From positions 1 through 64,000 of the IMG/VR virus record IMGVR_UViG_3300050343_000266: a stretch of 64,000 bases of DNA. The stretch is one strand, 5' to 3'. Both the position numbers and the translations under genes were made by a program. The notes beneath the pieces were generated by a model. The model worked only from the letters and a program-made list of their open reading frames with translations, had not been told where the DNA came from and did no database searches. The stretch is from a virus. Taxonomy: Duplodnaviria > Caudoviricetes. Positions 11,421 through 19,881 of this stretch are shown one piece after another. Position 1 is the first letter of the stretch. Each line of letters opens with the position of its first letter.

Positions 11421-11990
11421 ATGTCCGTAATTTTTCCCGGTAATTATGTCGCACACTTGAACGCTTATCGCGATCAAGGTGTGTTCGCACTCCCAGGCGT
11501 TGAGTTCTATCAGGTCGTCGGTGCTGCACTTGTTGATGCCAACATTTCCAGCTCCGGTACCCTCACGCCTCAAGTCCAGTCACCTGACCTCCGTCAGGAT
11601 GACAAGCCACGCTTGAACAAGTCAGTGACTGTTCCTGCTGGTGCTGTCGTGTATCGCACGGCTATCAACACCGTCAACCTTTCTTCTACAGGCACCTCTA
11701 CGGTTGCTGTTGATGGTTTGACAACCGCTGGCCTGGAAGCATCCTTGGCAGCTGTTGGTGGCGTTTATCCTGCCGCTGGTGGCAAGACAACATTCGATGG
11801 TTTCGCAACGACTTCTAGTGAGTCTTCTGCTGCCACGATCACTATCGCTCACTCAGGTGCTTTGAACCTGGTGGATACCGATAGCCAAGCCGCTGTGCTT
11901 GTTGAAGTCTGCTACTACCTGTCTGCTGACGGTCCTGATTCAGACGACATTTCCCTCCCTTATAAGACGGAGGCTGGACAAGGTTATTGA
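11421..11990 (+). CDS. Putative capsid decoration/minor capsid protein
   Basis: Directly after the MCP with an AGGAG RBS and similar codon bias. Confidence 0.55.
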   Translation: MSVIFPGNYVAHLNAYRDQGVFALPGVEFYQVVGAALVDANISSSGTLTPQVQSPDLRQDDKPRLNKSVTVPAGAVVYRTAINTVNLSSTGTSTVAVDGLTTAGLEASLAAVGGVYPAAGGKTTFDGFATTSSESSAATITIAHSGALNLVDTDSQAAVLVEVCYYLSADGPDSDDISLPYKTEAGQGY

Positions 11991-12010
11991 TAACTTAGTC
12001 CGACATTATA

Positions 12011-12036
12011 AGCGTCTCTTAGGGGGCGCTTTTTTT
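12011..12036 (+). terminator. Rho-independent terminator
   Basis: AGCGTCTCTTAGGGGGCGCT hairpin followed by a T-run. Confidence 0.8.
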
Positions 12037-12070
12037 GTGTCTATAATAATGGGGTACGGTATAAATAGTA

Positions 12071-12502
12071 ATGAGTAATCTTTTTCAGGATCAGAAAACA
12101 GGCAAGCTTGTTGAGTTTATTAATAAGCACGATAAAGAATATGCAATGGTCCGAGACGCTGGAGGCAATATTGCTTATGTATGTCTTGATTCATTAGTTC
12201 CTTATGACAAAGACAAAGGACGTCTGACGAAAGTAGCTGCACCACAAATTCAGCCTGAGCCGGAAGAAGAGCTACCAGTGCCTGTCGTGCCTATCGAAGA
12301 TACACGCCTAAATCTAAACATGGCACCAGCAGAACAAATTGCTAAAAGGCTGCCTGGTGTTGGCTATGCCACAGCAAAACGTATTGTTGAACTACGGATG
12401 TCATTGAGTGGTGAACGTTTTAACAACCTTAAGCAGTTAGAAAATATTCCCCGCGTCAACTGGGATCAACTCATTGAAGAAGACCTAATCTTTATTAGTT
12501 AA
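12071..12502 (+). CDS. Helix-hairpin-helix (ComEA-like) DNA-binding domain protein
   Basis: RLNLNMAPAEQIAKRLPGVGYATAKRIVELR...FNNLKQL. Confidence 0.75.
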   Translation: MSNLFQDQKTGKLVEFINKHDKEYAMVRDAGGNIAYVCLDSLVPYDKDKGRLTKVAAPQIQPEPEEELPVPVVPIEDTRLNLNMAPAEQIAKRLPGVGYATAKRIVELRMSLSGERFNNLKQLENIPRVNWDQLIEEDLIFIS

Positions 12503-12530
12503 ACTAGGGTTAGTATTATTGAGAAGATAA

Positions 12531-12932
12531 ATGCTAACAGTACAGGAAGCACTATTATTTCAAGCTGCTAAGGATGAGCAGGATCGAATTGATGCGCAAG
12601 GAACTGCTGGTGTTATTGGAGGCATGACCGGTGCTGTTCTTGGAACTACCGGTGGAATGATTCCTCATAATATTGGCAAACAAATAAATAAAGCAAGAGG
12701 GCATACACCAGCTCGATTTAAGGCAGGGCCATCGCTATGGCAGGTGGTCTAACTGGTCTGATCCTTGGAGGAGCTTTAGGTGCAGGTACTGCAGCAGTGA
12801 TGAAACAAGACAACCCTGCAGCAAACATGCTTGCCAAGATTCAAGCTAAAGGTGAACTAACCGAATACGATCGAGTATCAACTCCAACAAGTGCTTCGTG
12901 ATATCTACAGCAATCAATCGAGGATGGCGTAA
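12531..12932 (+). CDS. Gly-zipper hypothetical protein, apparent frameshifts
   Basis: GVIGGMTGAVLG, then GLTGLILGGALGAG in another frame. Confidence 0.45.
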
Positions 12933-13429
12933 TGGAACTAGATGATTATCTAAAATCCAAAACTAGATTTCATCTGGGATACAACTCAGGTGCACAGCTT
13001 CCAGCTGGAGATCGTTCTAGGCTTGAAGAAGCAATGGCACTCGTGCCTGATGAGCTTTGGTATAACGAGATTGTTTATCACATCAAACGTTGCGATAACG
13101 CTTGGAAAGTAAGTGCATACCTGCCTGATGACATCCTAGATCCAAGTGGTCAAGGCATTGTCAACTTCTCACGTCAAGAAATCATTTCAGGAGATGTACA
13201 ACGAACCATCTCGCAATCAGATCCATTGAAAGGTGATGAGTATTTCCGTGAAATCTATTTACGAGAATGCGATCGACTGGCTGAGACTTTGTATGTTGCT
13301 AATTACCGTCGTCCTGAAGTACGGCGCTATGCCTTTGATCGTTCTGGTGCTGAGTTTATTCTGGCTGTACCTGGTCCTGCAGACACTGCTGTAGGTTCAA
13401 GAATTGTTTTACATAATACTTGGCGATAA
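12932..13429 (+). CDS. Hypothetical virion protein (possible head-tail adaptor)
   Basis: 165-aa ORF in the structural module. Confidence 0.55.
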   Translation: MELDDYLKSKTRFHLGYNSGAQLPAGDRSRLEEAMALVPDELWYNEIVYHIKRCDNAWKVSAYLPDDILDPSGQGIVNFSRQEIISGDVQRTISQSDPLKGDEYFREIYLRECDRLAETLYVANYRRPEVRRYAFDRSGAEFILAVPGPADTAVGSRIVLHNTWR

Positions 13430-13464
13430 AGTAGAATATATCTAGGATATATAGCAAGAAAGTT

Positions 13465-14346
13465 ATGACACAAAAAATCACGATGGGTCGTGATAGGCGA
13501 CAAGATGCTATCGATGCTCGTAATGCAATGCGTCAGTACGGTGGATACAATCCTAATGCTGGTGATATCCCCGCAGTGATGCCATCTGCACCATCATCAA
13601 CTGCAAATGCACCTGCTGATGATCCAATGGATCGAACAGGTAGTGTTGAGTACGGCACATCAGCAACAGAAGAACCTAATCAAATCTTCTGAACAATTCC
13701 AATCGACCGCTCTTGAATGATCGCTTGGCGAACATACAAAGAGGCATTGCTAACGGAGTGAAGTAATGCATATAACACTGGTAATCAACAATCGTTCTGT
13801 AACTGGGAGCATCGGCTAATGAGTAGACGAGCAAAGAAAAATCTAGATCCAATGCGCTTTGCACCTGAAGCAAAGTCACTATCCAATCTGCCTGGATCAC
13901 CGGAGAATACAAATCCGATGAACATGCGAACTGCAGGTCAAGAAAGCTACTCCTCCAATTGGTGGATCAAGTATTTACTAACGATGGGGATCAAACCAAT
14001 AATGCAGAGTCTACCCACAAATGGGATCTGCAGTACTCGATCCAACAGTACACTTGCCAACTCAGATGCACACCAGTGCCAGTAGGTCAAAAGTTAAATG
14101 CTGGTTTTAATTATGGTCAGCAACCACAGCCATCAGCAAATGCTCAGTGACCCAATGGAAGGAATGCGCTTGGTCAAAATGCACAAATCGGCGAAAGGCT
14201 TGATGGCACATCCATTCTTAGGAATGACAGGATCACCTGTGATTATTCCTGGTGCTATGGATCCAAGGGACCATGGCCCAAGGTCAACCGTTGATGCAAC
14301 CCATGATCACAGTAGACGGACAAAACAATTCAAAGAAAGGAGCTAA
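13465..14346 (+). CDS. One or two Met/Pro/Gln-rich hypothetical proteins fragmented by indels
   Basis: Chained short ORFs at 13465, 13819, 13959 and 14098. Confidence 0.4.
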
Positions 14347-14352
14347 AGCGTA

Positions 14353-14841
14353 ATGGCTACTACAGCATCGAATAAACAACCCTTACTTGTTGATCGGGTA
14401 TTTCATAAAGCAGTCAGTGCTATGTCATTGGCATCTGGTTCAGCAACATCACTAGACATTGAAGGAACTAATCAGTCAGCAGTGCTGGTGGACTGCAGTG
14501 CTAACGATGGTGCTGTGGTAGAAGACCTATATGTAATCGCACGAACAAGCACAGCTCAAGCCTATACAGCTCTCTTTTATCTGAGCTCTGCAGTTGATTA
14601 CCTACGTCCAACAGAAGGTGTGTATCTAGGTAAGTTGACAAGCTCTACAACTAACGCTGCTATTACGTCATCTACTGATCTTCCAAAAGTACTTGCACCT
14701 CTTGCACATGTTGGATCTGATCCACAGGTGCGTGCTCTCTACATTCCAAAAGGAAATGTACTGTGGTGCACACTACAACTAGCAGGATCAGTAAACACTA
14801 CTGACACTCCAATCATTGCAGCACAGGGCGGCTTCTATTAA
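14353..14841 (+). CDS. Hypothetical virion protein
   Basis: 162-aa beta-rich ORF with AAGGAG upstream. Confidence 0.6.
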   Translation: MATTASNKQPLLVDRVFHKAVSAMSLASGSATSLDIEGTNQSAVLVDCSANDGAVVEDLYVIARTSTAQAYTALFYLSSAVDYLRPTEGVYLGKLTSSTTNAAITSSTDLPKVLAPLAHVGSDPQVRALYIPKGNVLWCTLQLAGSVNTTDTPIIAAQGGFY

Positions 14842-14845
14842 GGCA

Positions 14846-16609
14846 ATGCCTAGAAAGAAGAATGGATATGGAAACTTTAATGTAAACAATATAAAGGGTG
14901 TAAACAGTTCGTTTGACAAAGGTAAAGGCTCAACATCTGCAGGTAACTATCCTGCAGTAAGGTCGTTCGGATCAACCTTGACCAGAAGTGCTATTGAGCA
15001 ATACGACTTAGAAAGTACATGGAGTAGATGGAGACGTGGACTTGAATATTATTATCAAGGTGCATACCTAGACTTCACACAAACGGATGCAGTGCTTTAT
15101 CAAGGAACTAACTTTGAGGTTCCTGTGACGTTTATTGGTCAGAGGTTTGCAACAAAGAATGCAGACAGTAGGACTCATTATGCAATACGACGTGAGGTAG
15201 ATCAAAATCAACAGTTAGGTGTCATTGTCGAAAGGTATAACGATGAGTATGCATATCCAGAATATAGACGTGACAAAGAAATTTGGATAAAGGTTAATAC
15301 ATCAGCCGGGTATTCAGATGACTTACTATTACGTTCAGTTGGTGAGAGAGTAACTGACGGAGTCACTGCTGCAAATATTTCATGGGTACTTACATCTGCT
15401 AAGCATCCTGCTGTGTACTTAGGTAAATCACAAGCAGAGGGAGTAGTGGCAGTCACAACTGTCTCACTGAGTGATGTATTAGCAACAGAGTTTATCATTA
15501 ACAACAATGGAGATATACAGTCCCTAGTTGGTGAAGCAGTCAATATGCCTGACTTCTATCAGAACAGGACAATCAGTGCATTAGATAAATTTACGGATTA
15601 TCCATATGAATTCCGTGTGAATCTTACAGAGACAATAACTAGTACCACAATTCAAATTCTAGATACAAGTACAGGACTACCTCCAACCCTAGGTGAGATA
15701 AATACTGCAGATCAAATCTTTAGCACTACTACTGCAACCAGTACGTTGGAAGGAGACTTTATCTACGAGAAAGAACGATACCAGCGGTTCTTTGGACAGC
15801 AATATCTGACTGCTGATTTAGTTAGATCTGAACTAACGCAACTTGCATACGGAATATTACCTTGGAGCATTCAATCAGTAAAAGCAGACGTTACAAATAA
15901 TGAGCTGACAATTACTTCAGAACCATTCCAAAGCAGTCTTCAACTATATACACCAAGTGAAACATACAGATATATCATATTTCCTGAAAAAGGATTTACA
16001 GCTAAAACACCAGATGTAGATGCAGATGGTAATTACAAGCATGCACCACCAATGCCGGGCGAAAAATTATGGGAAAAAATTAATTTAGATATAGACCCAT
16101 GGATTGATGAAATATTTTCAAACAACCAGCCATTGTCTATATCAGAGATCTACACCTGTAGTTGCCCTGCATATCTACATGCTGTGCTGAGAAACCCAGA
16201 ATCTACAGACGATGATGGTAAAAAAATCAATAGACAACAACGTCTCCCCACACCTACTGCAAAAGGGGCCTCTACATATGAAGCAAATGGTTTGCTTAAA
16301 ACAGTAGGCATTGCAGAGTCTTGGGCCACTGATGAATACAAGAAAAGTTTTAAAGTCTGCAAGCATACGATTGCTGCAATGTTTATAGATAAAGTACGAG
16401 TAATGGAACCGAATACTTTTCCGAGTGCTGATGCACGTGAAAAGTTCGAAGAAAAATTAGCCAAGGATATACAAGAAGTGGCTGAAGAATTTACAGCTCA
16501 GCTTAGACGTTCAGAAATGACTCAGATAGAAGTTATATATGCGTTAGCAGAAGCATTAAATCTTGATGATGTTGAAATTGGCTATGTGCTATTAACAAGT
16601 AAATTCTAA
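14846..16609 (+). CDS. Large protein with a C-terminal SWIM-type Zn finger
   Basis: YTCSCP ... VCKHTIAA (CxC...CxH). Confidence 0.7.
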   Translation: MPRKKNGYGNFNVNNIKGVNSSFDKGKGSTSAGNYPAVRSFGSTLTRSAIEQYDLESTWSRWRRGLEYYYQGAYLDFTQTDAVLYQGTNFEVPVTFIGQRFATKNADSRTHYAIRREVDQNQQLGVIVERYNDEYAYPEYRRDKEIWIKVNTSAGYSDDLLLRSVGERVTDGVTAANISWVLTSAKHPAVYLGKSQAEGVVAVTTVSLSDVLATEFIINNNGDIQSLVGEAVNMPDFYQNRTISALDKFTDYPYEFRVNLTETITSTTIQILDTSTGLPPTLGEINTADQIFSTTTATSTLEGDFIYEKERYQRFFGQQYLTADLVRSELTQLAYGILPWSIQSVKADVTNNELTITSEPFQSSLQLYTPSETYRYIIFPEKGFTAKTPDVDADGNYKHAPPMPGEKLWEKINLDIDPWIDEIFSNNQPLSISEIYTCSCPAYLHAVLRNPESTDDDGKKINRQQRLPTPTAKGASTYEANGLLKTVGIAESWATDEYKKSFKVCKHTIAAMFIDKVRVMEPNTFPSADAREKFEEKLAKDIQEVAEEFTAQLRRSEMTQIEVIYALAEALNLDDVEIGYVLLTSKF

Positions 16610-16634
16610 TCAAATACAATAGATAAAGAAACAT

Positions 16635-18422
16635 GTGAGTGTAGTTGTGACCTCAAGTAATGAAAACTACCAAGGTGTATTGGATGCAATTAATGAATTA
16701 CGTGCACGTAATGGCGAGTCTGCTCAAAACAATCCACCAAACTGGAAAGGTATTATTAACGCCTTACAGTCACTAAACAAATGGGGACAGGTAGAAAACG
16801 GAGATACTCCACCAGGTTACACACCTGATTACGATTCAAGTGGCAACATAACTGGCAGTCACTACAATCCACAACCTGATAATGGTCGTCTGTGGTTTGA
16901 TATCCGATCAGGTCGTTTGCTTATTTGGCAAGACGATGGTTGGTATCAAACAAATGGTGCGGACGGTCTACCTTTCTTTGCTACGGCAGCTCCAGCATCG
17001 GAAGTCCCAGGTGCACTTTGGTTTAATACATCAAACTTAAATCTGTATATTTATGATGGTTCAAACTGGATTTTAATATCAAGTCCTACAGGCGCAACAA
17101 CGACAACAGCACTGCCACTAACAAGTACAGAAAGTAATTTGTTCCCTGTTCCAGGCAATGTTCAAACACAAAATCAAGCCAATACTTACTTCATTAACGC
17201 TGTCACAACACTACAAACCGACGTAACAGCGCTAGAAACAGAACAAGCTGCTCCTATTGCATCTACAGCTCCTAGTGCATCTACAGCAGGTGAGTTCTGG
17301 TTTAACAGTACTACGTTGGAACTAAGAGTCTCCTACGGAGGTGCATGGGTACCTGCATCTCTTCCATTGACAGATGACACAGATTTTGTAGCTCTAAGCA
17401 ATACAGTTACTAACAACTACACGACAACAACAAACTTAATTACTGCATCTAACGTTCGTATCACGGCACTAGAAAATGAACCACTACGTACGTTGACGCT
17501 TGCAGTAGACACTAATGAAAAGTCAATTGTCCTAAATGATAGTGCTGCAACTAATACTCAAGTAAAGTTTTTGGGTACAAATGGAATTGGAATAGCGGTT
17601 ACAGCAACGGACATAACGATCGATGCTGCTGGCGTACTTACCTCTGCTAGTGCCTTAATTGCAGCAACTGGATGGGGAACAGCAATCACGAACCTAACCA
17701 CTAGGACTACCACTCTAGAAACGGATGTGACTGCCTTGCAGAACACACCGGTTGTTTCAGTAAGTGCATTCAATACTCTAAGCACTACCGTTAGTGGCCT
17801 ACCTACAACAACTGACCTTAACCTGAAGGTTGACAAAAGTAGTCCATCATTTACAACCGACGTTGACTTCAACAACAATCGCCTACTTCAAGTAGGTACA
17901 GCTACTGCATCTACAGATGGCGTAAACAAAGCGTATGCAGATGCAATTAAAACATATGCAGATAATACTTTTATTACTCAGACGACGAGTACATTAGGCA
18001 ACTTAATTATTAGTCGAACAAATCTCAGTGCGCCTGCTCTTGACTTCTCAGGTTCACATACTAATAGTTTCGAAGCATTCAAGTTTAAAACTTATGGTGG
18101 ATCAGGTGTGGTTACATTTGGTGTGACTGCTTATACTAATGAATATGCCTATACATTCACTGGCGATGAAGAGTTCTCTTGGATTGGCGCTAGTGGTAAA
18201 ACAGCATTCATAGATGACACTGGGATTACTACTGAAGCATTAACTATCGCAGACATCAGTAGAAACGCAGGTGGAACACAAGTCTTGTCCAACACAATTG
18301 ATGTGAAGGAACGCATTTCTACGTACCAGACTGCATTGATTGGAGTCAGGACTGCATTAAATACCTCTTCTGATTACGCCAGCTTTAAGACAGCTGCACT
18401 GACCGCATTAGCCAACATCTAA
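16635..18422 (+). CDS. Tail fibre-like virion protein
   Basis: Repeated G(R/A/E)LWF(D/N)...L.IY..W modules, coiled-coil segments, VNKAYAD. Confidence 0.7.
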   Translation: MSVVVTSSNENYQGVLDAINELRARNGESAQNNPPNWKGIINALQSLNKWGQVENGDTPPGYTPDYDSSGNITGSHYNPQPDNGRLWFDIRSGRLLIWQDDGWYQTNGADGLPFFATAAPASEVPGALWFNTSNLNLYIYDGSNWILISSPTGATTTTALPLTSTESNLFPVPGNVQTQNQANTYFINAVTTLQTDVTALETEQAAPIASTAPSASTAGEFWFNSTTLELRVSYGGAWVPASLPLTDDTDFVALSNTVTNNYTTTTNLITASNVRITALENEPLRTLTLAVDTNEKSIVLNDSAATNTQVKFLGTNGIGIAVTATDITIDAAGVLTSASALIAATGWGTAITNLTTRTTTLETDVTALQNTPVVSVSAFNTLSTTVSGLPTTTDLNLKVDKSSPSFTTDVDFNNNRLLQVGTATASTDGVNKAYADAIKTYADNTFITQTTSTLGNLIISRTNLSAPALDFSGSHTNSFEAFKFKTYGGSGVVTFGVTAYTNEYAYTFTGDEEFSWIGASGKTAFIDDTGITTEALTIADISRNAGGTQVLSNTIDVKERISTYQTALIGVRTALNTSSDYASFKTAALTALANI

Positions 18423-18424
18423 TT

Positions 18425-18619
18425 ATGCCTTCATTCAACTTTCCATCAAACCCAACAAATGGGATGATCGTTAAAAACGATACAACAGGGGTTTCGTATT
18501 CTTGGGAAAAGACATCTAATTCATGGAACATTGTACGTACAAACGTGAATGATGCTCTCGATAATGTGACGACAGCGTTAGTATCATTAACAGGTCCGAT
18601 GGGTAATAAAAATGTTTAA
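18425..18619 (+). CDS. Small fibre-like protein
   Basis: FNFPSNPTNG..SYSW motif typical of fibre N-termini. Confidence 0.5.
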   Translation: MPSFNFPSNPTNGMIVKNDTTGVSYSWEKTSNSWNIVRTNVNDALDNVTTALVSLTGPMGNKNV

Positions 18620-18815
18620 ACCAGAAGATTTTCATTTATCAATGGAAAAGGAACTCAAGAAGCGAGTAATCTTTGATGATATTAATTCTTGCGATAATGT
18701 TGAGACTCTGCAAAATAGTCTTCGTCAAGTTACTGATCAATTGATGAAGTACCAACAGCTACTAGATGCCACACTGCGACAGCTGTTAGACATTGAACTA
18801 ACAAAGTTAGAATAG
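18612..18815 (+). CDS. Small helical protein (NblA-like size and pattern, uncertain)
   Basis: LSMEKELKKR..DDINSC...LQ..L; resemblance by eye only. Confidence 0.4.
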   Translation: MFKPEDFHLSMEKELKKRVIFDDINSCDNVETLQNSLRQVTDQLMKYQQLLDATLRQLLDIELTKLE

Positions 18816-18839
18816 ATAGAGAACGCTACCGGATGACAG

Positions 18840-19382
18840 ATGCCTAATGTTGGAGACTCTAAAGCAAGATTTGGTCGTCAGTATATCTATTTAAATCCGG
18901 CCCCTAATGGTACAGGAACAATAGGTGAGTGGCGTTTGCGTATTGATGATAATGGACAACCACCTATTACACCAGGTGGTAGTACTGATTTGGGCTATCA
19001 AGCAGTTGTTGCAACTGGTCAGCCTACTATTGTTGCAGGCAACCTTGTTTACCTAGATTCAGCAGGAGAAGCAAAACTTGCAGATGCCTCAACTATTGCT
19101 GAATCTGTAGTTGTTGGTATGGCAACTACACAGGCAAGTGCTGGTGCTGTGGTTGAATTTACAAGGAATGAAATCAAGACAATCTTTAATGTATCAGCAG
19201 TAGTTGAAGGTGCACCTGCTGCATTGGTACCAGGAGCTGTGTATTACTTAAGTACTGTTGCTGGAAAATGGACTACAACTCCAAATGCAACTACGGCTGG
19301 TTCAGTGATTAGATCCTGTGGCACAGCAGTAGATACAGACAAAATGTCCATTGAAATTCAAATTGTTACTTCTGCAATCTAA
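18840..19382 (+). CDS. Virion fibre/cement-like protein
   Basis: GNLVYL..GEAKLADAS, VVGMA, LVPGAVYYLS. Confidence 0.55.
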   Translation: MPNVGDSKARFGRQYIYLNPAPNGTGTIGEWRLRIDDNGQPPITPGGSTDLGYQAVVATGQPTIVAGNLVYLDSAGEAKLADASTIAESVVVGMATTQASAGAVVEFTRNEIKTIFNVSAVVEGAPAALVPGAVYYLSTVAGKWTTTPNATTAGSVIRSCGTAVDTDKMSIEIQIVTSAI

Positions 19383-19831
19383 TGGCAAATCGTAAAATCA
19401 CAGTCCTTAATCCAACAGGGTATCAAGAGCTATTTCAATCAGGTGACGTCCTGGTTTTAGATGGAAGTGTAGATCTTCAATCAAATGGCATTACAGGCAT
19501 TCCTGATCCAACAGCAAATTTAGATTGCTCTAACAAAAAGTACGTAGATGACACTAAAGCCTTGCTTGACAGTGACATTGCAACAATAAACACTAATATT
19601 ACAAACCTAACGAACAGTATTGGTAACGGTACTGTTAGCTTTAGTGCCTCACAGAACTTGACTGTTTCTGGGAGTCTTACTACAAACCAAGCTGGTAATT
19701 CCACAATTACATTGACAGGTCCTGATCTAACAAACTTATTGCCAAAACCATCTGCTGATGGTGTGTATGTCGTCAATAAAACAGGAGTCAATGTCACCTA
19801 CGTAGAAGTGATTGACGGCGGTTCATATTGA
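19382..19831 (+). CDS. Short fibre protein
   Basis: ITGIPDPT..D.SNKKYVD and terminal IDGGSY. Confidence 0.6.
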   Translation: MANRKITVLNPTGYQELFQSGDVLVLDGSVDLQSNGITGIPDPTANLDCSNKKYVDDTKALLDSDIATINTNITNLTNSIGNGTVSFSASQNLTVSGSLTTNQAGNSTITLTGPDLTNLLPKPSADGVYVVNKTGVNVTYVEVIDGGSY

Positions 19832-19881
19832 TAGAATGAATACAACAGTTATTACTGTTGTTATATTGCTTATTAGTCAAA

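Noticed and set aside
10472-11852. Long antisense ORFs over the capsid genes (similar ones over the RNR, polA and primase genes)
   Set aside because: Shadow ORFs from codon bias of strongly supported genes on the opposite strand; no motifs of their own
250-14346. Many frameshifts in terL, portal, scaffold and neighbouring genes, read as programmed frameshifting or prophage decay
   Set aside because: They are single-base indels clustered in one region, hit essential genes and lack slippery-site/structure context. This is best explained by low-coverage long-read error; polishing would decide.
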